This document shows, piece by piece, positions 9,701 through 17,819 of a stretch of 64,000 nt of DNA (its first letter is position 1; the number at the start of each line of letters is the position of its first letter). This DNA is from a virus (taxonomy: Duplodnaviria > Caudoviricetes), in the IMG/VR virus record IMGVR_UViG_3300028025_000089. The stretch is one strand, 5' to 3'. The notes beneath the pieces were generated by a model, which did no database searches, had not been told where the DNA came from, and worked only from the letters and a program-made list of their open reading frames with translations. The position numbers and the translations under genes are program-made.

Positions 9701-10725
9701 GTGCTGGACCAGATATTAAATATGGTCACTACACTTTATTGGCCAACGGAGGTAAAGATAATTATGGTAATTATAATCAAGTTTCTGACGGGACAAATTC
9801 AAACACAGCTTACTATGGTAATGTAACGGGAATTGTAAATAAATTTGGTTACGTATTACAAGGAACAAACTCTTCAGCAAAACCATCAGGTAGTGATACA
9901 CAATATGGTGTGTCTCTTACCGTTAATGGTGCAGGTAACACATCAAGCACACAAAAATACGGAGGTTACTTTGATGTAAGTGGGGATGCTAAAGGACATA
10001 GTGGTATATATACTAAAGCCCAAAGTGCCACCGCAGCTAATTATGGTGTTGAGGCATATGCCTCGGGTATATATGGAAATAATTATGGTATTTACGCTTT
10101 AAATGATACAGTAGTTAGTGGAGGTTTAGACGTTCAACATGGTGGGTATTTTGAATCCACTGGTTTTGGTGATGTAACATCAACAATAAAATATGGTGTT
10201 TTTGCGTCGGCTTCAAACACGTCACTTGAAAACTATGGTTTATTTACTCAAGCAAATGGTGGTGATAAAAATTATTCATTATATGCTGCCGCTGGTAGAT
10301 GGACATTAAGACACGACCCGAATGTCGAATTAGGTATAAGTGACCCTGAAGGTTATGGTGACATTGTATATTTTGGTGGTGGAGGAAGTTCATTTGCAGC
10401 CGGTGATGTTGTTTATTTAAACGCAACAGGTGATTGGTCACCAACAGATGCTGGTAATTCTGGTAACTCAACAAATATGTTAGCATTAGCTCTTGGTAAC
10501 AATGTGTCAGATGGACTTTTGATTAGAGGTTACGCATATTCAAGTAGTTGGAGTTGGACCATTGGTGCACCTTTATATTTGGTTTCTGGAACTGCAGGGG
10601 CTATGACAAATACAGCACCATCAAGTGGAGGTGACGTTGTTAGAATAGTTGCTTATTCTATAGACTCGGCAACAGGAGGAAAAAAAATATATTTTAATCC
10701 TGATAATAGTTGGACAATAGCTTAA
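3742..10725 (+). CDS. Giant modular virion fibre with four Gly-X-Y (GTS/GTN/GSS/GTD) repeat blocks and intervening globular domains
   Basis: 2327-aa ORF; strict Gly every third residue over about 1100 aa; C-terminal beta-rich domains typical of phage fibre tips. Confidence 0.75.
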   Translation: MPIYNRLTDRQKVSAVTLNDIFHVVVTGDTTQSPQGSSYYAPLSDLQSLLSGSTGPAGTSGTNGTSGTNGTSGTNGSSGINGTSGTNGSSGTNGSSGTNGTSGTNGTNGTSGISGSSGTSGSSGSSGSSGSSGTNGTSGTNGSSGTNGSSGTNGTSGTNGTSGTNGTNGTSGSSGTSGSSGTSGTNGTSGTNGSSGTNGTSGSSGANGTSGTNGTSGSSGTNGTSGTNGSSGSSGTNGTDGSSGSSGTNGTSGANGSSGTNGTSGTNGTDGSSGTNGTSGSSGTNGTSGSSGTSGTDGLTCINYTLSAPGPTDSQFTGTTCDGVQQTGNVASGTSYSDCFISGSVTMNNGGIITNNGICVGTSGTSGTNGTNGTSGTNGSDGTSGTNGTSGTNGTSGTNGTDGSSGINGSSGTNGTSGTNGTDGTSGLNGTSGTNGTSGTDGISGTNGTSGTNGSSGSSGTNGTDGTSGTNGTSGSSGTNGTDGTSGSSGTNGTDGTSGSSGTNGADGSSGTNGTSGTNGSSGTNGTDGTSGTNGTDGSSGSSGTNGTSGSSGTNGTNGTDGTSGTNGTDGTSGTNGTSGSSGTNGTDGTSGTNGTDGSSGTSGTNGTSGTNGTDGSSGTNGSSGTNGTDGTSGTNGTSGTDGTSGSSGTNGTSGTNGTSGTNGTNGTSGTNGSSGTNGTDGTSGTNGTSGSSGTNGTDGSSGTSGTNGTSGTNGTDGTSGTGFNTVQDPALTRVLTSDGTPNGAIAQSGLTYNGTQLTVTGLTYTSGVTSTSKITFPQITINSSYTATTNDYMIDVTGGTFTVSLPSAVGIQGRLLVVKNNGGGAVTVDPYGSETIDGKPFVILGETNSIQLASNGSEWVALGYNISTVNSSTGVFEFTGLTKVSNTTFNVARVKGWIVDDTTNPLSPQLYYVDFSGGTFTDNYVTTDFETFVYLTSGGTIGQQPTILTEQQRRQNIFLGKIGHPEKTSINLVFSQPDFVQSPLSQLRDMFVPINLINGGVYPSPNGANLKINTSAGYIYGLGINFASNTLEPNSLSISGTSPCTFQYRTQTGGTVTNVTDIDPLNYDVGGVKTPITGTKTTNQRIFLLQNGSFRIQYGQNVYTTFAEAVASLQTESFTEFPNFINNAVLIGILTVTSTATDLTDPAKARFFFASKFGETVGAAGGVSTTNLQQAYNNSSQPEITTNSTLGAVSIKRGSASDADHVFEIQDGAGVDRMLVNGSGRTTTTDLTITGLTVNSGLTRFLVVDTSGNTYYRTSGADGTSGTNGTSGTNGTSGSSGTNGTSGTNGTSGSSGTNGTSGTNGTSGSSGTNGTNGTSGTNGTSGTNGTSGSSGTNGTNGTSGTNGTSGTNGSSGTNGSSGTNGTSGTNGTSGSSGTNGTSGTNGTSGTNGTSGSSGTNGTSGTNGTSGSSGTNGTSGSSGTNGTSGSSGTNGTSGTNGTSGSSGTNGTSGTNGTSGSSGTNGTNGTSGSSGTNGTNGSSGTNGTSGSSGTNGTNGTSGTNGTSGSSGTNGTSGTNGTSGTSPTVPGSNDQVLTSNGSGGIVAESLLTFDGTKLSMLYQSGDEGGELFLNKAVTNTTLSGGITIDSYQNKLRFFEQGGTARGAYIDLTACAAGVGTNLLSGGGTTSGTNGTSGTNGTSGTNGTNGTSGTNGTSGTSGSSGTNGTSGSSGTNGTSGTNGTSGSSGTNGTSGTNGTNGTSGSSGTNGTNGTSGTNGTNGSSGTNGTSGTNGTSGTNGTSGSSGTNGTSGTNGTSGSSGTNGTSGTNGTSGSSGTNGTSGSSGTNGTSGTNGTSGSSGTNGTSGTNGTSGTNGTSGSSGTNGTSGSSGTNGTNGTSGTNGSSGTDGTSGTGFSSISPTTNDNILTANGTSNSADSEPNLTFDGINNILNVTGRTNMTDSTAAPAPSLSIVSNPTVPVKRTISVTNSGDGINTNDLFGVQTLVTGAVNSAIGYSTDVSDAVGENIGVDIINASSQSGSTQWGSRTNVVSAGPDIKYGHYTLLANGGKDNYGNYNQVSDGTNSNTAYYGNVTGIVNKFGYVLQGTNSSAKPSGSDTQYGVSLTVNGAGNTSSTQKYGGYFDVSGDAKGHSGIYTKAQSATAANYGVEAYASGIYGNNYGIYALNDTVVSGGLDVQHGGYFESTGFGDVTSTIKYGVFASASNTSLENYGLFTQANGGDKNYSLYAAAGRWTLRHDPNVELGISDPEGYGDIVYFGGGGSSFAAGDVVYLNATGDWSPTDAGNSGNSTNMLALALGNNVSDGLLIRGYAYSSSWSWTIGAPLYLVSGTAGAMTNTAPSSGGDVVRIVAYSIDSATGGKKIYFNPDNSWTIA
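3901..4635 (+). repeat. Gly-X-Y repeat block 1
   Basis: 9-nt units such as ggaactaat, ggaacatca, ggttcaagt; boundaries approximate. Confidence 0.9.
4821..5910 (+). repeat. Gly-X-Y repeat block 2 (rich in GTD)
   Basis: Same units plus frequent GTD; contains an exact duplication of about 60 nt (about 5530-5588 and 5836-5894). Confidence 0.9.
7521..8310 (+). repeat. Gly-X-Y repeat block 3
   Basis: Almost pure GTN/GTS/GSS; boundaries approximate. Confidence 0.9.
8611..9290 (+). repeat. Gly-X-Y repeat block 4
   Basis: Almost pure GTN/GTS/GSS; boundaries approximate. Confidence 0.9.
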
Positions 10726-10727
10726 AT

Positions 10728-13658
10728 TTAAAACTGTCTATTATCAATGTAGATAATAACTTCATTGTAGTATTCTATAAAATGTTCGTTCCATAAATCC
10801 CACTTTATGTTTACACCATCAATAGAATACACTTCAAAGTTATTAAACATTTGTAAAATATTATCTCTAAACCATCTGAACTTACATTCATGAAAGTTTT
10901 CATCGTTACGTAAATGAAACTCGGTAACAATTTTTGGGATTGTTTTTAAAAATTCTATATTAGATGGTTGAAACACATCGTATTCTCCCCCTTCACAATC
11001 ACACTTAAGAAAATCAATTTTATCAATTCCATTCTCATCTAAAAATTCTCTGAATGTAAAAGTAGGAACACTTTCACTAATTCCATCCCATGTAATGTCA
11101 ATTCTTTTTTTGTCAGTAATTGCACCCTGAATTATTTTGACATTATTTTTTCCAACGTTCCTTTTTAAAACTTCTATTTGATATGATAATGGCTCAACAA
11201 CAAAACATTGTTTTGGATTGTTCGGTAAAATTGAATACGTGAATGGTCCTAATGATGCACCTAAATCAACAACAATATCACCCTCTTCTACGGTAAAACA
11301 TCTATCATATATGTTATGATCTTCAATTTCTTTAATTGCGGCCTCACTATACCAATTAGTTTTTCCTCCCCAATCAAAACCATCTAATTTATTTTTTTTC
11401 TCAATAACTTGTTCTTTATTCATAATCTTATTTATTTCTTTTATCACCATGTCTGATGTTATTTTTTTGGAACATTCAAATTGACGATCAGTTCCTTTAT
11501 GAAGTGGACACCAATTCCAATCACCAGCGTTTAATCTATCATTATTAAAACATCCATGACATACGTCTTCATTTATAACTCTATATGTGTCTAACTTTGT
11601 TTCTGCAAATTTTTCACTAAACCCTGAAATTAAAATGACGGGTAATTCACATGCCCAAGCCAACCAAGATAAGCCTGAACCTAACCCAATGAAAAACTCA
11701 CAAGTTGATAAATCATCAATTACTTCTTGTAAATTACCACCTTTATATATTGTAACTCCTTTTGGGTAAAAATTATTCATATACCCATCACCTTCTTTAG
11801 AATAGATCATACATTCATAACCTAATGCATCAAGATGATCTATAACGGACTGCCACCCATCAGGATTGTTCCAATACTTTGCCTGTGCGGTTGAATGAAA
11901 TCCAATACCAACTTTTTTCTTTTTTGGGGTGTTTGGTAATTTAAGTTTTGGTCTAATCTCTTTATATTCTAATCCCAAAATATCCGTTGCTGTTTTTTGT
12001 AATGGCTGTCTTTTAAAATCAAAAGGATGTTTATTAAAATCAAATTCCCCATTTTCGTTGTAATACCAACCAAGTTGATATTGAGCGATTATATTATATA
12101 CCGTTTCACCTGGATCAACAAATTCAATATTTGGGTATTCATTTTTAAATAATGAATTCATAAATGTGGATACGATCAACTCGCAATTGTGTTTTTTTCT
12201 AAACTCCTCACAATATGGAATCCAAGCCAACGTGTCACCAAGAGATTTTGAACCGAAAGAAATATAAACTCTTTTGTTTTCAAGATTCAAAACATTTGAA
12301 TAAATAACATTTTTGTTTTCTTTTATTTCGGTTTTCCATTTTGTGTAATATTGTCTATTAACTTTAACCCAAGAATTGATTTTAATATTATTGTTATAAA
12401 TAATATTTTCTTGTTCATCAAAAAAGGTAATCTCAAAGTTTGAATCGTCATCCCCTGTTATTTCAATAAAAGGATTTACAACAAAATGATTATTTATCTT
12501 GCATGATTTTGTTATTGGATTATTTATTGTTTTTGTTACATTTTTAACTTCTTTATAAAAATCTAATAACTCTTTTTTAAAATCCCTTTCATTATTTATT
12601 TCATAAGTTTCATTTGAATTTAATAACTCAAGTAAGGTATTTTTTATGTCGTTGTAATCGTTTGATTTGATTGGTGTAATATACTTGTCAAACATTCCAA
12701 CATATTGTGGTAGATTTCTTGTCATTATTTTCATTCCATAGTTAATAGATTCTCTAATAACCAAAGGATTACATTCCCAAGTTGAGTTAAACATTAAAAC
12801 ATCACAGGCTTTCATAAATGTATCAACATCATCTCTTTCACCCCACACCGTAACATTCTTTGGTAAATCATCCATTATTGGTTTCCAATAATTTTCAAAG
12901 TTTGACGCTTGGTTTCCAATAAAATGAAAATGTAAATCAGGGTGAGTATCTTGTAATAATCTTGCAACTTCAATACCCTCCTTTTGATTTTTACCTTCAG
13001 TCCAAAGACCGACATTTAAAATGTGTGTTTTTGTAATTGGGATGTTTAATTTTTCTCTTTCTGTTATTTTTTTTAATAATGGAACTCTATGTGATTGATC
13101 AACTATACTAAGGTCATTTAGTATATCACTTACCTTATCTTCCAATGGATATTCCCAAACTTTCTTTGGTGTATCAAGTTTGTTAAATTGACTTGTCAAA
13201 TGATAAGGGGTGACTAAAGAATAATAGTCAGGGTGTAGTTTTTTATTTGTATTTCCATTAAACCAAATGTTATGACAAGTCTCAACAATTCTCCACGTTC
13301 TATCATTATCATATAATTGGTTAAGTAGATCTAAAGGAATTTTATTAAAACTTTCAAACCCTTCCGGTATTTCTTCAATATGGACAATATCAATTTCATT
13401 TTCCTTTATAATATCAATTAGTTGATATTTTTTTTCAGGTTCTGTAAACCAACCTAATGTGAAAAAATGATTTGAATCAAGTAAGTCAATTATCTTATTT
13501 CTTTGAACTATGTATGTGTCACTAAACTGCGAATATTCTACAAGAAAAACTTCAATTTCATTTTTATATTCCAATAAAGATTCAATTCTCTTTAATACGA
13601 ATTGTGGCATCCCTCCTGTTGATAAATGGGGAACAACATACATTAATTTTATTTTCAT
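10728..13658 (-). CDS. Three-domain enzyme: GT4-like glycosyltransferase + Aah/TibC-like (autotransporter O-heptosyltransferase) domain + FkbM-type methyltransferase
   Basis: N-term VVPHLSTGGMPQ...NVGLWTEGKNQ...FNSTWECNPLVIRE (GT-B); middle KSLGDTLAWIPY, QPLQKTATDILGL, FFIGLGSGLSWLAWA and C-x2-C-x13-C-x11-C (VCHGCF...WCPLHKGTDRQFEC); C-term VVDLGASLGPF, VVEP, LKCDCEGGEY. Confidence 0.8.
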   Translation of the reverse strand: MKIKLMYVVPHLSTGGMPQFVLKRIESLLEYKNEIEVFLVEYSQFSDTYIVQRNKIIDLLDSNHFFTLGWFTEPEKKYQLIDIIKENEIDIVHIEEIPEGFESFNKIPLDLLNQLYDNDRTWRIVETCHNIWFNGNTNKKLHPDYYSLVTPYHLTSQFNKLDTPKKVWEYPLEDKVSDILNDLSIVDQSHRVPLLKKITEREKLNIPITKTHILNVGLWTEGKNQKEGIEVARLLQDTHPDLHFHFIGNQASNFENYWKPIMDDLPKNVTVWGERDDVDTFMKACDVLMFNSTWECNPLVIRESINYGMKIMTRNLPQYVGMFDKYITPIKSNDYNDIKNTLLELLNSNETYEINNERDFKKELLDFYKEVKNVTKTINNPITKSCKINNHFVVNPFIEITGDDDSNFEITFFDEQENIIYNNNIKINSWVKVNRQYYTKWKTEIKENKNVIYSNVLNLENKRVYISFGSKSLGDTLAWIPYCEEFRKKHNCELIVSTFMNSLFKNEYPNIEFVDPGETVYNIIAQYQLGWYYNENGEFDFNKHPFDFKRQPLQKTATDILGLEYKEIRPKLKLPNTPKKKKVGIGFHSTAQAKYWNNPDGWQSVIDHLDALGYECMIYSKEGDGYMNNFYPKGVTIYKGGNLQEVIDDLSTCEFFIGLGSGLSWLAWACELPVILISGFSEKFAETKLDTYRVINEDVCHGCFNNDRLNAGDWNWCPLHKGTDRQFECSKKITSDMVIKEINKIMNKEQVIEKKNKLDGFDWGGKTNWYSEAAIKEIEDHNIYDRCFTVEEGDIVVDLGASLGPFTYSILPNNPKQCFVVEPLSYQIEVLKRNVGKNNVKIIQGAITDKKRIDITWDGISESVPTFTFREFLDENGIDKIDFLKCDCEGGEYDVFQPSNIEFLKTIPKIVTEFHLRNDENFHECKFRWFRDNILQMFNNFEVYSIDGVNIKWDLWNEHFIEYYNEVIIYIDNRQF

Positions 13659-13711
13659 CTAAAAAAAAATAATTTATTCATATTATTTGTGTAGTATCTT
13701 ACTATTAGTTT

Positions 13712-14638
13712 GTGAAAGAAATTTGTTTAGACATATCAGATTGTAGAGCGTTAGGTGATACTTTATGTGCAACCCCAACGATTAGAAAACTATATCACTC
13801 TTATGGAAAAAAAATTTCTGTAATCACACATTATCCTGAATTGTTTTATAACAATCCATATGTTTTAGAAATTTTTGATAATTCAAAAAATAAAGAAGAA
13901 TTATCAGATCATGAAATTTTTTCAACTTTCGACATTTCATACAAAGAAAATGGTGTTTGTAATAAACATAACACAATTGATATTAGACAATTTCACGCAA
14001 TTAATCTTGGGTTTATGTTAACCAAAAATGAGATGACCTTAGATTATTTTCCAAATGATGTGTCATTACCTGATCTACCAAAAAAATATGTTTTAATTCA
14101 TCCCGTTCAAAATTGGGAATCAAGAACTTGGCCAATAAAAAATTGGCAAATGTTAACACAGTTGTTAAATGAAAAAGGGATTCATGTTATTTCTGTTGGT
14201 AAAGATTCTTCTGAATTGGGAGGGTCTAATGTTGATAAACCTGTTTTTGATTTTCCAATTAAGTTGGGATATAACTTAATGAATCAAACTTCAATAGATC
14301 AAACTTGGCATTTAATAAATAATAGTTCTTGTTTTGTGACTATGGATTCGGGTCTTTTACATTTAGCGGGAACAACAGATGCCGAAATAATACAATTAGG
14401 AAGTTCAATCGATCCTGAGTTTAGATCACCATATAGAAATGGTAGTCAAGAATATAAGTATCATTATGTTAGTGGTGGTTGTGGTTTACATTGTGCCTCA
14501 GATATGAAATATGGTGTTCGTGAGTGGGGATCAATACAAGGTATACCTTCTTTAGTAAAATGTTTAGAAAGAAAAGAAACTTTTGAATGTCACCCAAATA
14601 TCTTATCGGTATACAATAAAATTTTAGAAATAGTTTAA
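13712..14638 (+). CDS. GT9-like (heptosyltransferase family) glycosyltransferase with Cys cluster
   Basis: ALGDTLCATP, LIHP...WESRTWPIKNW, FVTMDSGLLHLAG, and C-x3-C-x22-C-x8-C near the C-terminus; GTG start. Confidence 0.8.
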   Translation: MKEICLDISDCRALGDTLCATPTIRKLYHSYGKKISVITHYPELFYNNPYVLEIFDNSKNKEELSDHEIFSTFDISYKENGVCNKHNTIDIRQFHAINLGFMLTKNEMTLDYFPNDVSLPDLPKKYVLIHPVQNWESRTWPIKNWQMLTQLLNEKGIHVISVGKDSSELGGSNVDKPVFDFPIKLGYNLMNQTSIDQTWHLINNSSCFVTMDSGLLHLAGTTDAEIIQLGSSIDPEFRSPYRNGSQEYKYHYVSGGCGLHCASDMKYGVREWGSIQGIPSLVKCLERKETFECHPNILSVYNKILEIV

Positions 14639-14655
14639 TTTGGTATTTATGTTAT

Positions 14656-14955
14656 ATGCCAAACATAGTTCAAATTAATTCTTTATCGGGAACGGCACCT
14701 TTTGATTTATATGTGTGTGATCAAACAATTTCATATTGTTTTTTTGTTGCGAGCATTTCAGGATCACCATATACATTTGATGTTCCACCCCCATTAGATT
14801 CAACAACACCAATTATATTAAAAGTTATTGATGCAAATAACTGTGAGGTAATATATCTATTATCTTGTGGTGAAATTTATATTAAAGAATTTGAAGGGTT
14901 TGAAGTGTTCTTATTTCAGGATGCAAATGTATTTATATTTGAAGGTCCACCTTAA
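14656..14955 (+). CDS. Small Cys-containing beta-rich protein, probable virion accessory
   Basis: 99 aa, beta-strand pattern, preceded by TATTTAT at 14644; function is inference. Confidence 0.4.
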   Translation: MPNIVQINSLSGTAPFDLYVCDQTISYCFFVASISGSPYTFDVPPPLDSTTPIILKVIDANNCEVIYLLSCGEIYIKEFEGFEVFLFQDANVFIFEGPP

Positions 14956-14992
14956 CAATTTACTATTGAGATGTCTATAATATTTTTGTTTT

Positions 14993-16237
14993 ATGAAAAT
15001 ATTTGTTCAAATCGCGTCGTATCGCGACCCTCAGCTTATACCAACAATAGAAAATATGTTGGAGAATGCCAAAAGACCAAAAAACATTGTAATTGGTGTG
15101 GCAAGACAATTTCATCCTGAAGATGGTTTTGATGATCTATCCAAGTATGAAAAAGATAAAAGATTTAGAATCCTAAATATTCCTTACACAGAATCAAAAG
15201 GAGTTTGTTGGGCAAGACATCAAGTTCAACAACTATATGGTGGTGAAGAATATACCCTTCAGATCGACTCTCACATGAGATTTGAAAAGAATTGGGATGA
15301 CGAAATGATTAAAATGATTAAACAACTTCAAAAGAAAGGTCATAAGAAACCTTTATTAACGGGGTATGTTTCATCTTTTGATCCTGAAAACGATCCTGCA
15401 GGTAGAGTTACTGAACCATGGAGAATGGTTTTTGATAGATTCACTCCTGAAGGTGTTGTATTCTTTTTACCTGAAACTATTCCAGGTTGGAAAGAAATGA
15501 AAGAACCAATTCCGGCAAGATTCTATTCTGCACATTATTGTTTTACGTTAGGTGAATTTTCAACCGAAGTTCAACATGATCCTGAATTTTATTTTCACGG
15601 AGAAGAAATTTCAATTTCAGTAAGAGCATATACTCACGGTTATGATTTATTCCACCCACATAAAGTTCTTGTATGGCACGAATATACAAGAAAAGGTAGA
15701 ACAAAACAATGGGACGATGATAAAGAATGGCATTTAAGAAATACCGCATGTCATATTAAAAACAGACAACTTTTAGGAGTTGATGGTGAAACGTTTAATG
15801 GTGATTACTCTGAATGGTTTGGAACTGAAAGAACCGTTCAAGATTACGAAAAATATGCTGGTATTCGTTTTGAAACAAGAGGGATTCAACAAGAAACAAT
15901 AGATAAAAAATATCCACCAAACACATATAATTTTGAAACCGAACAAGATTGGAAAAATTCATTCTCAACAATTTTCAAACATTGTATTGATATAAACTAT
16001 GTTAGTGTTCCTGAAAAAGATTATGAATATTGGGTAGTTGCTTTCCACGATGAAAATGACGAAACATTATATAGAAGAGATGCCGACATTAATGAAATCA
16101 ACGGATTCTTCAGAGACCCTGATGGGTATTGTAAAGTGTGGAGAGAATTCAACACAACTAAAAAACCTAAGTATTGGGTTGTATGGCCTTACTCAACTTC
16201 TAAAGGATGGTGTGATCGATTAACAGGAAATTTATAA
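14993..16237 (+). CDS. GT60/GlcNAc-family (Skp1 Gnt1-like, polypeptide GlcNAc-transferase-like) glycosyltransferase
   Basis: IFVQIASYRD, SKGVCWAR, LQIDSHMRFEKNWD, FHGEEIS, RAYTHGYDLFHP are hallmarks of this GT-A family. Confidence 0.8.
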   Translation: MKIFVQIASYRDPQLIPTIENMLENAKRPKNIVIGVARQFHPEDGFDDLSKYEKDKRFRILNIPYTESKGVCWARHQVQQLYGGEEYTLQIDSHMRFEKNWDDEMIKMIKQLQKKGHKKPLLTGYVSSFDPENDPAGRVTEPWRMVFDRFTPEGVVFFLPETIPGWKEMKEPIPARFYSAHYCFTLGEFSTEVQHDPEFYFHGEEISISVRAYTHGYDLFHPHKVLVWHEYTRKGRTKQWDDDKEWHLRNTACHIKNRQLLGVDGETFNGDYSEWFGTERTVQDYEKYAGIRFETRGIQQETIDKKYPPNTYNFETEQDWKNSFSTIFKHCIDINYVSVPEKDYEYWVVAFHDENDETLYRRDADINEINGFFRDPDGYCKVWREFNTTKKPKYWVVWPYSTSKGWCDRLTGNL

Positions 16238-16241
16238 TAAC

Positions 16242-17819
16242 ATGGCAAATATTTCGTTTTACGGTTCCCACAATGCCGCTGTAGTTGTGGAGGATCAAGG
16301 AAAAATTATTACAGTAATAGAGGTAGAAAGATTTTTAACTCAAAAAAATGCAGGTTATTCACAATATTTAGTATCATATTCAAGACCTTTTTTATTAAAA
16401 CATATTATACAATATATTAAAGATGAGTTTGGTATTTCTGAATTTGATAAATGTTATTACTTAAATTCTGATACGGTAGAAGGATCTGAAAAAGTTCATT
16501 ATCAAGAATTAATACCAGCAAAAGAATACATCAATTCATTACACCATTTAAGTCATGCTGCTTGCGGATTCTATCAAACGGATTATAATGAAGCGTTAAT
16601 CATTTCTTTTGATGGTGGAGGTAATGACGGGTTCTTCAATGTTTATCACGCTGAAGATAGAAATAACATAAATGTAGTTGAGAAATTCAATATTGATTTA
16701 GGATTTCCATATATGTCATTTGGTGATTACTTGGGTGACATTACAAAAGAACCGGCACTTAATATTGGTAATTTAGTTTATGCAGGAAAAATAATGGGTC
16801 TTTGTTCGTATGGAAATGTGAACGAAGAATGGTTACCACATTTTGAGGAATACTATAGAAGAAAACCAGATGGTTTAAATTACTTACAATACCTACAAGA
16901 ACTTAGTGAACAAACAGGTTTATCATTTGATATGGAAAATCGAATGTCAGGTCAGTTAGGGTGGGATGTTGCTAAGACATCACAAATTGCATTTGAGAAT
17001 GTTTTTATGGAATTGGCTCAACCGTTTTTAGATCAATTCCCTAATATTCCTTTGATTCTTGTTGGTGGATGTGCGTTAAATATCTTGTTAAACACAAAAT
17101 TACACCAAGAACTTAATAGACCTGTGTTTGTTCCACCAAATCCTAATGATTGTGGAATTGCAACAGGTATGATGTTAAATCACATTAAACCTGAAAAGGC
17201 AATTGATATTACTTATGCGGGTATTGGTATTTTAGACAAACACACATTAATGTCTCATGTAGAAGAACGACACGCTCTTCCTCTTAAAACTGAAATGTTA
17301 GTTGATGATTTAGTAGATGGTAGAATTGTTGGGGTTGTCAGAGGTAATGCCGAACATGGACCAAGAGCTTTAGGAAATAGAAGTATTATTTGTAATCCAG
17401 CCTACGAAAACATGAAAGACATTTTAAATGCAAAAGTAAAAAATAGAGAGTGGTATAGACCATTTGCGCCTGTTTGTAAATTAGAAGATGTATCTAAATA
17501 TTTTAATTTCGAAGGTGAGAGTAAATGGATGGGATTTTGCCCAACGGTAAAAGAAGAATGGAGAGAAAAATTAGTTTCAATTACACATGTTGACGGGACT
17601 GCGAGAGTTCAAACAGTTACAGAAGAACAAAATCCTTGGTTATATAATTTATTAACCGAATTTGAGAAAAAATCAGGAATTGGTGTTTTATTAAACACAT
17701 CTTTCAATGTAAACGGAAAACCAATTCTTTCTCGATATAGTGATGCGATTTGGGTTTATGATAAAACAGAAATGGATTGTCTTTTATTAGGTGATTATTA
17801 TTTTAGAAAAAGAGCATGA
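16242..17819 (+). CDS. O-carbamoyltransferase, NodU/CmcH/TobZ family
   Basis: SHNAAV, EVERF, HHLSHAACGF, DGGG, GGCALN, EHGPRALGNRSI, KNREWYRPFAP, HVDGTARVQTV, LLNTSFNVNGKPI. Confidence 0.92.
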   Translation: MANISFYGSHNAAVVVEDQGKIITVIEVERFLTQKNAGYSQYLVSYSRPFLLKHIIQYIKDEFGISEFDKCYYLNSDTVEGSEKVHYQELIPAKEYINSLHHLSHAACGFYQTDYNEALIISFDGGGNDGFFNVYHAEDRNNINVVEKFNIDLGFPYMSFGDYLGDITKEPALNIGNLVYAGKIMGLCSYGNVNEEWLPHFEEYYRRKPDGLNYLQYLQELSEQTGLSFDMENRMSGQLGWDVAKTSQIAFENVFMELAQPFLDQFPNIPLILVGGCALNILLNTKLHQELNRPVFVPPNPNDCGIATGMMLNHIKPEKAIDITYAGIGILDKHTLMSHVEERHALPLKTEMLVDDLVDGRIVGVVRGNAEHGPRALGNRSIICNPAYENMKDILNAKVKNREWYRPFAPVCKLEDVSKYFNFEGESKWMGFCPTVKEEWREKLVSITHVDGTARVQTVTEEQNPWLYNLLTEFEKKSGIGVLLNTSFNVNGKPILSRYSDAIWVYDKTEMDCLLLGDYYFRKRA

